63,878 nt of DNA, filler included, from Reclinomonas americana ATCC 50394 (GCA_048213135.1; 5 parts of 5 records of this genome joined end to end with filler, not necessarily neighbours in it), one strand, 5' to 3'; shown: positions 13,907 through 26,655, counted from the first letter of the whole stretch. Notes: a model not told the origin generated them from the sequence alone. Numbers and translations are program-made.

Positions 13907-16203
13907 CTAGGCATTTTGTGCAATGAGGCAGTAAACTGCCACCGCGCCAAATATCCACACAAGTCCATAGCCGACGCACGAGCCAATGACGACGTTGCGA
14001 ATGGCCCATCTGGAACGGGCGATGAGTACGAGAGTGACAAACAGGAGCAAAAAAACAATCAATGAGACGCAACGACCACACGTCGGAGGAGGTCACGCTG
14101 TCGGTGAGCAGCTGGTAGAACTGGGGAGGATTCACCGGCTGCCGTCCCCACTGCGTCTGCACGCTCGCCACACCGGCGTTGAAGACAGAGTAGTCGTACG
14201 AGCTGTGCGCCGAGAGGGGGAGAAGGAAAGAGTGAGGAGGAGCAAAGAATAGTTTCCACACGCAATGACAGCAGAAGGGTCTGGAGAGGACGAGAAAATA
14301 AGTGTGAGTGAGACATATACACACTGGTAAGGGAGGAGGAGCAACCATGCGCAACAACAGCAGAAGGGCAGAGAATGCACATAAACAAATTCATGAGAAT
14401 GAGAAGGAGCAAAGCACAATCCTCACGCGTAGCACAAAACACACGAGTGCGGTGTGCACAATGAACAAATGCGAGGGAGGAAACATACAAGTGAGGGAGG
14501 AGCAGCCACAAGCACCAACAGCAGAAGGGTCAAGGAACTCATCATTATCACAAGCATGAGTATGAAAAGGAGCAGAGCACAGTTCCCGTGCGCAGTGCAA
14601 AGCACACTAATGCGAGCGAGTGAGACACACAAGAAAGGGAAGAGGGGCAGCCATGCGCTACAACAACAGAAGGATCAGGAAATCAAATGCAAGCGAGGGA
14701 GACACACAAGTGAGGGACACCAGCAGAAGGGTCAAGGAATTCATCATTAACAAATATACGAGAGAAAGGAGCACAGCACTGTTCCCATGCGCAGCACAAT
14801 GAATCAAATGAGAGCGCGGCAGTATAAACAGGTGCGCAGTTAAAGAGAGATGCGTTTCTTCCTGACTATCTCACACACGCACATTCCCTCCCCCCATTCT
14901 CTGGTATTCATACTCACTCGGCCTTGAACAAGCTCACTCCGGCCTCCACAATGGTGTTGGAGCGTGGCGAGCCCCAGTTGAGTCGGCAACCACTGCCGGT
15001 GAAGCCGCAATTGTCGCTCGATGTGCCCAAGTTCTGCACGCACACAATGAAACGAGATCAGATTCACAGTGATTCAGCGTGCGCCGAGGTGCCATGAAGT
15101 ACTCACAACACAAGTGACATAGGCCTGCACACAAGATACAGTGAGTAAATGGAGAACAAGACACGAAATGTTCTGCTCGCAAACGCAACGGGGACAGGGA
15201 CATTGGCATCCATGTCTGCTTGACTCGAATACAATGGTGAAACACACCTGTTCATGGAGGTATAGGTGAGGGACAGCGAAGCCACATGGCAAGCTATTCT
15301 TTCAAAGATCGCGAACCAGAACCAATAACTGCGAAAAGCGATTGAGGTTTCAGTGAGCCAAGCAAAGCAGGTGGGAGTTGCAACAGTTTGTCACGAAACT
15401 ATCGCGTGCCCTTGGACGAGTACGAGTACTCCTGGCGCGTGTAGAATTGGCCAAAAGGGACCACGAAACCGCGCTGCAGGTTGAATTCATTGGCAGCACC
15501 TGCAAACGGAGACGTCAGCGTGTCAAGATTTGTGCGGTTTCCAACACAATGGCACGACTTACCAGATGCGTATGCGCTGCGTGCAGTCTCCACAGACACT
15601 GTTGCGCCATTGTTGTAAATTTTCCACTTTTGTGTTGTCACATAATACTCGAAATCTGCGCGCGCGAGAGAGCCGTGAGAGATGACGTTGAAACCTGACC
15701 AGCACGGCGTGGCGACGCAACTGTAGGCGCACACGCAGCCGACAACAATCCATACAATGAGGCAACCGATGGCGAAAATAAGTTCGCCAAAGGTGCTGTT
15801 CGAGCACATGAGACGGATGTACAGAACGGCAAAATAAACAAAGAAGCCTGTGGGAATCATCACACAATGAGCAACAACGGAGAGAGCAGGAGCACGGGGC
15901 TTGATGGGAAGCAAGGTACCGGCAGTGCAGAACACGATGACCGCGATGCGGCCCGACCCTCTGCGCCCCCACAGGCGTGAGACACGAGGTGCAAGTAGCG
16001 TGTTGAGCAAGTCAACGGAACTTGGCACCAGCCACAAGGCACAGCGCTTGCAAGGCGACTGAAAAGAGGAACCAACCGATGCAAGCGACCAACATATGCA
16101 TGCCTTTGCCGTCGTAGGAGCAGTTGAGTCCCAGACGGCGCGACCACTGGCGTTGGATCACACTGCGACAAGTGACGCAGGATGAGTTTAGTGTGGAAGA
16201 CAT
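13907..16203 (-). CDS. Uncharacterised membrane protein (about 3 N-terminal TM segments, Cys-containing luminal region, C-terminal TM), ~10 exons; start uncertain
   Basis: One continuous frame can be spliced with GT-AG introns, including 12-nt (15317-15328) and 18-nt exons; ends WIFGAVAVYCLIAQNA*. No family recognised. Confidence 0.6.
14240..14830. repeat. Degenerate ~150-160 bp tandem repeat inside an intron
   Basis: Recurring blocks gaggagca(a/g)cca...caacagcagaaggg, tcaaggaa(c/t)tcatcatta and aaggagca.agcac. Confidence 0.7.
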
Positions 16204-16229
16204 GACACTGAGGAGTCGATGTAACGCAA

Positions 16230-16378
16230 CTAGGACGGCTGGCGCTGCGGACGCGCAGCGTTGTTCATCTCCACTGAAGATGGATCGGCGGGGCGGTTGT
16301 TGTTGGGCGAATACGTGTTGCCAATGACCACAGTGGTCGGCGAGAGGACGATTGCTGGAGATTCCACGTCGACGGCTC
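16230..16378 (-). CDS. Terminal exon of an unidentified gene (rest in gap)
   Basis: Pyrimidine tract plus CAG acceptor, then AVDVESPAIVLSPTTVVIGNTYSPNNNRPADPSSVEMNNAARPQRQPS*. Confidence 0.45.
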
Positions 16379-17659
16379 TGCGAGAGTGAGGGCGCAATGA
16401 GGAACGGGGGAAGAAGGGGGAAAAGAAGGAGGAGGAGAGAAAGAAGAAGGGGGAAGAGAGGGAGAAGAAGATATAGGAGGAGGAGGAGGAGGAGGAGGAG
16501 GAGGAGGAGGAGGAGGAGGAGGAGGAGGAGGAGGAGAAGAAGAGGAAGAAGAAGAGGAAGAAGATGTAGAAGAAGAAGAAGAAGATGCAGAAGAAGAAGA
16601 TGCAGCAGAAGAAGAAGAAGAAGAAGAAGAAGNNNNNNNNNNNNNNNNNNNNNNNNNNNNNNNNNNNNNNNNNNNNNNNNNNNNNNNNNNNNNNNNNNNN
16701 NNNNNNNNNNNNNNNNNNNNNNNNNNNNNNNNNNNNNNNNNNNNNNNNNNNNNNNNNNNNNNNNNNNNNNNNNNNNNNNNNNNNNNNNNNNNNNNNNNNN
16801 NNNNNNNNNNNNNNNNNNNNNNNNNNNNNNNNNNNNNNNNNNNNNNNNNNNNNNNNNNNNNNNNNNNNNNNNNNNNNNNNNNNNNNNNNNNNNNNNNNNN
16901 NNNNNNNNNNNNNNNNNNNNNNNNNNNNNNNNNNNNNNNNNNNNNNNNNNNNNNNNNNNNNNNNNNNNNNNNNNNNNNNNNNNNNNNNNNNNNNNNNNNN
17001 NNNNNNNNNNNNNNNNNNNNNNNNNNNNNNNNNNNNNNNNNNNNNNNNNNNNNNNNNNNNNNNNNNNNNNNNNNNNNNNNNNNNNNNNNNNNNNNNNNNN
17101 NNNNNNNNNNNNNNNNNNNNNNNNNNNNNNNNNNNNNNNNNNNNNNNNNNNNNNNNNNNNNNNNNNNNNNNNNNNNNNNNNNNNNNNNNNNNNNNNNNNN
17201 NNNNNNNNNNNNNNNNNNNNNNNNNNNNAGGAGAAGGAGAAGAAGAAGAACGACAAGAAGAAGAACAAGAAGAAGAATACAAGAATGAGGAGGATGGAGG
17301 GATTGGAGCAACAGTGTGAAGTGAAGCTGCGTCCGCCTTCACTGAACCACACAACAAGCCCCATGACTGGCATTGATTCCCCACTGGCGTCTCCCACGCT
17401 TAACATACACAAGGAAGCATAAAGTACTCACAAAACGAGAGAAACGAGCATGCACGACGATCGGAACTTTAGAACAAACTGAGCACACAATGAAATGAGA
17501 GAGAGAGAGAGGAGTGGATGTGTGCGTGAGTGAGAGAGAGGCAGTGAGGGAGACAGTGCCAGTGCGTAAGTCCGCGCGCGTCAATACAACACACACTGTT
17601 TCCCCCTCTCTTTCTCTTCGTCTCTCTCTCTCTTCCTTTCTCTTTCCCTCACACGCAAC

Positions 17660-17964
17660 TCGACAGTCTCCTCATCCAACACCGTGTGATACACCGACAC
17701 CATGTGCGAGTCATACACACGCCGCAGACGACCGCCTTCCATCAGTCGCGACACTGCATCTTCAATGCGCTTGCGCTGCACATTGAGGCCGGCCAGTTGC
17801 TCCACCAGTTGATCCTCGGTCTTGCCTGCGCCACCCTTCAGGCACGCAGCGAGAATGTGCTCATTCACCTGTGCGCAAACAAACAGAGAGAGCGTGAGAT
17901 ACGTACACTCAGGTGCGCGCGCACACGCAAGGTGCGCAACGAGCTCGTCGGAGGCCTCTGCCAT
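17660..17964 (-). CDS. N-terminal winged-helix exons resembling RNA polymerase III subunit RPC34/POLR3F (partial)
   Basis: MAEASDEL|VNEHILAACLKGGAGKTEDQLVEQLAGLNVQRKRIEDAVSRLMEGGRLRRV...VYHTVLDEETVE; downstream exons not found before the gap. Confidence 0.45.
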
Positions 17965-18345
17965 GCTCTGCTCTCTTCGATGTGTGTCTCTCAGCACAAC
18001 GAGGGCGCAGACGGGAGGAGGAGTTGTGGCAGTGATGTCGTCCGGCAAATTCAGCGAGTCGCTGCAAATTGATCGCAACATGCGCATTGGCGTGTGCAGT
18101 TTCGAGTTTTGTGTGTGTGTGTGTGTGTGAGAGAGGATTGAGTGATGCAGTGCTGGCGTTGTCCGTCTGTAACGTCGTCGTCGTTGCATAAAAAGATCGG
18201 TATCACGTAACCGATATTTGAATATCTGACAATATATATATGGCTGCCTTGTTCTGGGACTGCTGGACTTGGGCATTACGGCGCATTGCACAGCGGATAC
18301 AGTACGTACTCCAGGAGCAGCAGTGCACAATGCAAAGGTCGAGCT

Positions 18346-18659
18346 GCAGCGCTGCATCTTTGCCACGGAAAATCCCGCGAAAACAAAGGCGGTGGAAACG
18401 GGTACCGGTTGCAAAAACGGCTACCCTACAAACAAAACACTTCATTCACCACATTCCAATAATCAACAACAAATTCATTCGCCAACAAACAAGCAACAGC
18501 TGTCCAAGTTCAACCGTATCCAAAACATCAACACAAACACCAATCTTGAGGCAGCAGCAGGTTTGCGTTGTGTTGATATGGTTGGACTCGGTCATAAGAC
18601 AGCTGTTGCTAGTTTGTTGGTGAACGAATTGATGATTAACTGAGCGCAGCGCTGCATCT
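18346..18659. mobile_element. Candidate ~290-bp non-autonomous element bounded by 14-bp direct repeats, with an internal inverted repeat
   Basis: GCAGCGCTGCATCT at 18346-18359 and 18646-18659; inverted repeat 18472-18504/18598-18630 (30/33 match); partial second copy near 20791-20890. Confidence 0.4.
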
Positions 18660-18718
18660 CGTTGTCGAACGACTCCCCCTCTCCAACAACACATAGAGGA
18701 CTTCACTTTTTTCGCGAT

Positions 18719-20539
18719 TCAAAAATCATCCTCGTCCGCATTTCCATACCAGTCTGGAACGCCCGTGTAGCACGGCTGCGGTCCGTTAAACTTGAAGGTC
18801 CACGGATCCTCGCCGGCTACGCTCCCTTTCTGTGGAACTTTTTCGAACGGAAGCAGCCGTTCGTAAAAGAGCCGACGCATGCGATCGCGCTCCGCCATGT
18901 CGTCCGTTGCCGCGGCACAAGTCATCATGGAGACGAAATCCATCTCGCCGCCGAACACGTCGCTGCTGGTGTTGAACATGGCGCACACGATGTGGCCGAC
19001 GAGCTTCAGCGGCAGCTGTTCAACCGTCACCGAGTCCCCGAACAGGTGCTGGCGCAGCCGCTGCAAGAACACGTCGCCAACACCAAACTGAATGTTCGGC
19101 GGCATCTTTCTGCGCAGGCGCACCTCATCGGTGGGCTCGTTTCCGGCGTAGAAGATACATCCTTCAAACGACTTGTTGCGCGGACTGTCGAAAAAGAAGA
19201 CGTTGCCGGCGATCGATCGTTCCAGTTCGTAGGATCGGAGACGCGCGTGGAAGTCGAGGTTGAAGTCGACATAGTGCGGTGAGTTGATCGAGTACAGTCG
19301 GGTGGTGATGGAGGCGCTACGAATCATACCACCACCCATCTCCCAGTTCACGTCGAAAGAGTCAACGGTGTACGCACTCTTGACGACAGGCTCGACGAGC
19401 TCGGCAGGGACTGTGCACCAAAGGATGAAGAGTGAATGTCACACCAACACGGTAACCTGCTTCAGATGGGCACGCAACAGACTCTAGCGAACTCTGCGAG
19501 GAGACGCCGAAGCTCTGACCGCACCGACCGAGTCCAGAAAAAGTGATTCTGGTCAAAGGCTTGCGCTTGCTTCTGGGCACGCGCCCTCTTCCGGGCCTGC
19601 GCTTTCGCGCGAGGACTGACATCGCCCTCTTCCTCGTCCTCATCCGTCTCTTCGTCGTCCTCCTCGTCAAAGCCGAACTCGGCCGCAAACTCACGGATTA
19701 TTTCCCGCTCGCACTTCACCGCTGTCGAGCAAAGATGAACACACACACACACACACACACACACAGGCAAGTAGGATGTGTTCGACGGGGATGCAGGCTA
19801 CGCAACGTGTCCGGTCCAACTTCTTTCGCCCCTCCACATAGGCGGCCACCTGCTTGGCTGTGGCTCCGCCGGGCTGCAGCGATGGCATGCCCCACAGCGA
19901 CCGGGCGACGTCTGCAGACAGCGAGACTGCTGAGTCGACACACTCAAGTATACGACGAGAAAGCAAGGCGACGGCACCGGCAAGGCTTGCATCCTCCGCA
20001 GCGGGAGCGGCGGCGGAACCGGAACCGGAAGCGGCGCCGGCCGGCTCTCGCAAGTGACGGGCAACAAGATCGTGCATTCTGCGTTCCCCCACCACAAGAT
20101 CAGCACATGGACAACAACACATGCAGGCGGCAGCAGTGCACGCAACGCCGACAGCGCGTTCTCCTGTCCCTCCTGCGCGCGAACCCGCTGCACAAACTCA
20201 CTGGCCTTGCGCCACTCTCCCGCCGCGACTGCAGCCTCGGCCAACTGCGTGAGAGCCCCGACATTTGTCGGCTCCACCTCCAAGCTCCGTTGAGCATACG
20301 CCTCGCCCTGCGCCGCGTCGGCGAGCAGGAAATAGCAGGCGGCAGTGAACTGCGAGCAGAGACAACTTGCAGGGGTGAGACACAGTTGTCTCGCATGACA
20401 CACACACACAGCTTCAACCACAATGCTCTCACGTTGTAAGCATCGACTCGCAGCTGCTTGACTCGAGTACGAACGTCGTCGTCTGTCATGAGAGAGAGAA
20501 AGAGAGAGATTGTCAGCGAGCACAGGGTTGTGTATCTCA

Positions 20540-20574
<35 letters not shown>

Positions 20575-20731
20575 CAGCAGCAGAGGCATCGACATCGGCA
20601 GCCTCGAGCACAGCAACACTCTCGAGGAACACATCCAGTGCTTCGCGGAACTTGCTGCTGCGAAGGAGACCAAGGCCAGTCCGCTTGCGCTGCTCACACG
20701 AGAGCAGCTGATCCTCCAAACTCGAGGCCAT
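18719..20731 (-). CDS. TPR-containing protein with an uncharacterised C-terminal domain, 6 exons
   Basis: TPR-like helices (RKRTGLGLLRSSKFREALDVF; AYNFTAACYFLL...AQRSLEVEPTNVGALTQLAEA), an acidic linker and a long final exon ending GNADEDDF*. Confidence 0.75.
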
Positions 20732-21323
20732 TTGATGCGAGGGAGTGAGAGTGAGAGCGAGATGCGCGTGAGTGTTCGGGAAAAAAGGGGTTTGCCACGG
20801 AAGAATTCCCGCGAAAACAAAGGAGGTGGAAACGGGATTCAACAACGGCTGCCCTTAGCAACCATAAATCCAACCATATCCGACACATCAGCTGCAGTAC
20901 AACACACAGCAGTCAAAAAAATTGAGATGCACACGCGCAGTCATGGCCGACGATCGCGACGAACGCGCGGTGCGCGTCGATCAATCATCGTTCATTATTT
21001 AACAAGGCCACCAGCACTACGTACTACAGCAGGTGAACGTGGTCACTCGTATCGGGAACCAGATGCCATGCATATGGCCACCTTCGTAGTGTATACGAAT
21101 TCGATCTGTAAATCAAGATCTCCCGTTGTCAATTGCAATTACGGCGCCAGCCGGCAATCCCCCTTGCCGATCCACCTCTTGCCCCAGCAGTATCCATTCA
21201 CAGTTTTCGTGATCCCCATATCACCGGACAGCAAAGTATTACGAAACATGGCTACGTGACAGATTGTGCCGGGAATGTATGCCGGGAAATTGCAAGAAGC
21301 TGTCTGACATTTTTCGATAAGCA

Positions 21324-23757
21324 ATGGCGAGCGCGGCGCAGGGGATGCATTTTGCTGACGAGAGTGGTGCCGAGGCTTTTGCACTGCTCAAGGAAGACGA
21401 GCCGTTGTTCAACTGTGTGGCATACACGGTGAGCTCCACCAACTCATAATCACTCTCTTCTCTCCCTCTCCTTACTCTCTCACTCTCACACTCTCCCTGC
21501 AGTTTGACCGCGCCTCTCCCCTGGCGCTTGTTGTCGATACGCAGCTGTCCACTGACGGCAACGTGCTGAACTACGTGGGAGAGCACATCTTGCCTGGTCG
21601 CGATGCCGAGGTACGCGCACACTCTCTCCCCTTTTATCTGCAACCCTGCGCAGTGCATGTCTCACTCCTGTGTGCGTAGATCGTGATTGTGGCCGCGCAC
21701 GTGCGAGTGGAGGGTTCCTCTGGCACAGTGCTCATCGTTGCGCATGTCAGGTACCATTTTCGATACCAGCATCTCATTGCTGAACGACTCCCTCTCTCCT
21801 TCCATCTCTCTCTCTCCTCCACACAGATACACATCGGCGAGAACGTTCCGCCACTGGTCCGCGGCAACGTGGCGGCGCGAACCGCGCAGCTGCGAACACT
21901 CTTTCCGGTAAGATGCAGTAGTACATTGCATCACTCCGCAGCGGTTGCGCTGAGCTCTCCCGCGCGCAGGGTGTCACGCTGGAGGTGCAACTCAACGGCG
22001 GTGAGGCGCTGGACACGGAGTCGGTGATGCGAGACTTGCAGGCGCGCGTGCGGCCGCGACCTGCTGGCGGATCGGGAGTGCGCCAGCGAGTGGCGGCCGC
22101 TTCCGCCAGCACGCAGCTGCGCGGACCACCGCCTTCGGCGCTGCCAGCGGCAAGAGGAGGTCGGGGAAGGGGGCGAGGCGGGGTTGCTGGTCGTGCGCCG
22201 ATGACGTACATGGACGGCGATCAGGAGTACACGATCCCGCCGTCGCCGGATGAGCCACTGCCGGCTCGTCGACTGCCGGCCAATGTGCCGACGGCTGCGG
22301 ATCTCGTGTGCGGAGGTTGTGGCGAGACGCGACCGGCCACGTACCGTTTGGCGTGTGGCCATGGCCTGTGCCCCGCTTGGTGAGTGCTCCAGAAACGAGA
22401 GGAGAGACACTTTTCATGTTCCCAGCTCATTGTGCACTGCACAGTGTCGAGACTCGCCTGCGCGACCTCGTGCGGCAACAGACTCCGGCAGCACTTACGT
22501 GTGCGACGCGCGACTGTGGCAGAGGTCGGTGGACTCCCTTACCTTTCTTCGCTGTGTTGCCGTGCGCGTTCTCATGCCATGAGCAGAGGTGCCAGTGGAG
22601 GTCGTGGAGCATGTGGCCATCAGTGGACAGCGCCTGGGCGAGGTGGAGGATGCGTACTACGAACTGCTGAATCATCGCTTCGCGGAGATGCCGAGCCCAG
22701 TGCCGAGAGTGATGCCCGAGGTGGCATTGGCGCCGGGCCTGAAGTGCGAGAGTTGCACCGACACTGCGAATCCGACCACCTATCGAATGGCTTGTGGCCA
22801 CGGCCTGTGCATCGAATGGTCTGCAGCGAGTGCTGCCGCCCTGTTGATTGTTGCCACTCTGCGCTCATCTGCGCGCCTGCCACAGCCTGGAGGCCACTCT
22901 GCGAACGGTGGTGCAGCAACAGATACCGAAGATGCTTACGTGTGCCCAAGGCGGCTGCACGTCAGGTGTACTCTCTCTGTGAGCGACAGGAGAGCGAGTT
23001 GAATCTTTGTGCTGACTGGTGCCATGCAGTGGTGCCCAACGAATTCGTGCAACACGCCGCCATGTCTGGCGGTCGCTTGGGGCAGGCCGAGGATCGCTAC
23101 TACGAACTCCTCAACCAGCTGTACTGCGTCTCCAGCAAGAGCCGACCGTGCCCGGAAGTTGCGCGCGATCGCTCCCGGCATTTGTGCACTGCCCTTCGTG
23201 CTTAACTGAATCTCCCCACGTACACAGTGTCAGCGTCCGTGTATCGCCGAGGACGAGGCGGCGCGTGACGTCAACTGCTTCGTGTGCCAAATTCGCTTCT
23301 GCATGCGGTGCGGACGCCGGTGGGTCTCCGCCGACGGCGCCACCGTCTGCGGCAATCCGGATTGTCTGGCGGCAAACCACCTGCTGCAGACTTGCCCCAC
23401 CAAGGTTCACTCGTGGCACGGAGCTCTGCTCTCATCCGTTCGTTGATCTCACCCCGTGCACCACTCCCCAGGAACTCGGCGGTGTGGCCGGCCAGACACC
23501 CATTTTCCGCGCATGCCCCAAGTGCCACTTTATCCAAGGTAATCCGGTGTACAGCCGCTCACAACTGCTCCTCGCACTGCTCATCACCTCGTGCCGCCAC
23601 AATAGAACACAACCAAGGCTGCAAATTCATGGTGTGCCAACGACCCGGCTGCCTCGAAGGCTACTGCTTCGGCTGCTTGCGACACCAGGCCAGAGACGCC
23701 CACGGCATCTGCGCCAACCCATGCCCAGTCGCACCCCGACAGGAGGTGCCAGAGTGA
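21324..23757 (+). CDS. RBR-type E3 ubiquitin ligase with N-terminal ADF-H (coactosin-like) domain and duplicated RING1, 12 exons
   Basis: VLIIHIGENVPPLVRGNVAAR (ADF-H-like); two C..C...YR(L/M)ACGHGLC..C...LTC...C units; IBR CPECQRPC...CFVCQIRFCMRC; RING2 RACPKCHFIQEHNQGCKFMVC...YCFGC. Confidence 0.85.
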
Positions 23758-23816
23758 ACTTCCGAGCCTGTGTCCTTCGTCCGCAAATTCGTTCTCTACT
23801 CGTCTCTGTGAGCGCA

Positions 23817-26655
23817 ATGGCCTCCGCGTCATCCTCCTCGCTTCTTGAGGTTCTCCTCACCAAATGCCGCGATCTTCTCCACCGCCGTCGCGAGCGACTC
23901 CAACGCGGTGGCGCCCTCGGTCGCACACGTTCCATCTCCTCGGCCACCGCTCCCTCTTCCTCCTCACTCCTCACACTCTCCTCCTCTGCTCCTCACCCCT
24001 CGCTGCTCGCTGCTGCTGTCACGCGCACACGAGCCTCCTCATCATCACAAGTCGGTGAGTCGACTGTGCGCCGCCACACAGAGACAGAGAAGAGAGACTG
24101 ATTCTCGTGTGTGACAGCATCCACTGTCAGCAGTGATGCTCCTGCTGCTGAGGACGATGACTATGGCGATGATGATGATGATGAGGGAGCGTTGGACGAT
24201 GCCGCGTGGCTGCGCAAGGTGCTGGTCCGCGGTGGGCGCGGGGAGGGCTCGTCGCGTGAGAGTAGTGAGCAAGTTGCGCGCAATGCGCGGCTGCTGGCTC
24301 GCTCGTGCATGCTCTGTCACGCCATGACGCGGGCGGCTGCGGCCGCGGCGCCTGTGGTCCCCGGCAGTGCCATTGCGGTGCCGTCGGCCACCACGGCCAA
24401 GGCGATTCTGAGTGGCGAGCAGATGCGCAGTTGCGAGAGCGATTCAGCAGTATGTTGGTGTTGTTGTTGTCAGAGTGGGTGACTGGGGGAGTGGGCAGGC
24501 AAGTACGGTGCGTCGGTGTCGCAGTTGTTGCAGCACATGCTGGCGGACTTGGCCGAGTGCAGAGATCCGGCAGTGCGGGAGGTCGTCTCGCAGGTGCTGC
24601 TGGATGCTGCCGATGGTTTGCACGCCTCTTCTTCTCCTTGTCGTCTCGAAGCTTGCTGACTGTTGTGCCCTTGCGCAGAGCCGCATGGTCTGAGCTGTTG
24701 CAAGACACTACCAGCATCTTATTGCACTCGCTCACACCTGCTCTGTGTGTAGTGTTGACGCATACCACGAATGGACAGCGCGGCGACAAGCTGCAGGAGT
24801 TGATTCATGTCGCCGTTCGTCGCGCCTCGCAGCCTGTTGGTGAGCGTGCTCTTTTCGACCATGTGGTCGCCGGCTGTCGCCACTCATTGTGTGTTGCCGT
24901 GCAGAGACAGACGCCGATGAGCAAGTGGCCGCCGATCCGCCATTTGCGCCGCTGCCTCAACATCTGCGCGGCTTTGATGCGGTGGAGGAGCGCAATATGA
25001 CATACTTTGTTGCGTGGTGCCTCACCCCCTCTCTCTCTTTCTCGTCGCCCTATACTGAAACGACGCTGTGTGCGATGCACAGTCCAAGGATCGGCCACCA
25101 AGCACGAGAATGGCGCACGTGCTCAAATTGATTGTCGTCGGTAGTCCGGGTGGTGAGTCGAATGCAGACGACGAGAACAGGCTCTTCTCCCCACTCACCG
25201 GTTCTGTTCAGTTGGCAAGACGGATTTGTGCAACAAGCTCGAGTCGATGCGCTCCTCCACGCCTTACAGCGTGGCGAGGCGAGCCAAGGCGGGCTCGGCG
25301 TCGGGGATGCACACGCTGTATGCGACGATTCCGGACGGCAGACATGTGGAGATACTGGTGCGTCTGTTCGTCTCTTTCGTACTGCTCGCTGCGGGCTGAT
25401 CGCGTGAGGGGTCGCAGATGCTGGACCCGCACAGCCCCAACATCATGGGCAACTTCTTCACTCGCGCGCACGCCTGCCTGTGGGTCTTCAGAGTCACCGA
25501 TATGAGCACGTTTTTCGTTGCGTAGCGGGAGCAGGGAAAGGAGTGAGATTGGAGAGGAGTGAGAAGAAAGGGAGCAAAGAGCGAAGCGAGTGAGAAGAAA
25601 GGGAGGAGCAGTGGGAACGAAAGCTGGGCGAGTGAGAAGACAGGGAGGAGCAAGTGGGAACGAAAAGCGAGCGAGAGACTGGGGAGTGGAACGAGGGAGA
25701 AAATAGGAGAGGCGAGTGGCAACGAGAGAACGGGAAGTTGAATGAGGGAGAAAATAGGAGGGGCGAGCGGGAGTAGCGAAGAGCGAAGCGAGCGAATGGG
25801 GAACAAAAAAGCGATGCAAGTAGGAGCAAAGCGTGGGGCAACTGAGAGCAAAGAGGTGAATTAGTGAGTACAATGAGGGGCAAGTGGGAGCGAAGAGCGG
25901 AATGAGTCGGAGCGATTGAGACGGTGAGAGAACGAGAAGTGGAGCGAGTGGGAACGACGGTCAGAGCGAGTGAGATCGAAATGCAAGCAAGTGGAATCCA
26001 GTACCGCAGTGAAGACGAGAACAGATCGCGTGGAAGCAAGTCGTGCTCTCCCGCTCCTTGTTTGCGTCCGTGTCTCACAAGTGATTTTTCCACAGAGTCT
26101 ACCCAATATGGTGGAGACGTGCCGTGAACTCGGTCGACGACGAAACGGGTATCGCTTGTCGGGCATGGTGTTGGCGAACCAGGTGATTGCATCGTGCGCG
26201 CTGCATCCTTGTTCCTCTCGGGATTGCTGACGCCCGACGTCGCAGGTGGATTCACTGGACATATTACCGATGGACGAATGGTCGCCGTCGCAGACCGCGG
26301 AGCGACTGAAGCACCTGAGATCCTCCATCGGCAACGTGCGAGTGTGCGTTCATTAGTCGTGCACATCTGCTTGCTCCTCCTTCGCTGACCTTCCCGCCCG
26401 CCACGCAGAGTTCCATGCAGCGCGCAGTGGGAGACCGAGCAGCTGCGGAGGTGTCTGAACGACTTGATCATGGAGCTGGTGGATCGCGCCGACGCCCACG
26501 ACTTTGACGACGACGTGTGGCAGCACGAATCGCTGCTGATGGACGATCCGGCGGCCTACACACCAGTGTCAGGCGCGCTGGCACAGACGGCCATCAAGGG
26601 CGGTAAGGCACCGGATGCATCGTCGCCTTCCACCGAAGGGAGGTGTTCGTGTTGA
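23817..26655 (+). CDS. Divergent Rab-like GTPase with long N-terminal extension and CxC tail, ~12 exons
   Basis: LKLIVVGSPGVGKT P-loop, FFTRAHACLWVFRVTD, MVLANQVD, VPCSAQ, C-terminus GRCSC*. Confidence 0.75.

Noticed and set aside
18190-18335. U1-like loop sequences (TATCACGTAA hairpin and CATTGCAC)
   Set aside because: Spacing is wrong, and there is no donor-complementary 5' end or convincing Sm site; not supportable without a covariance-model search.
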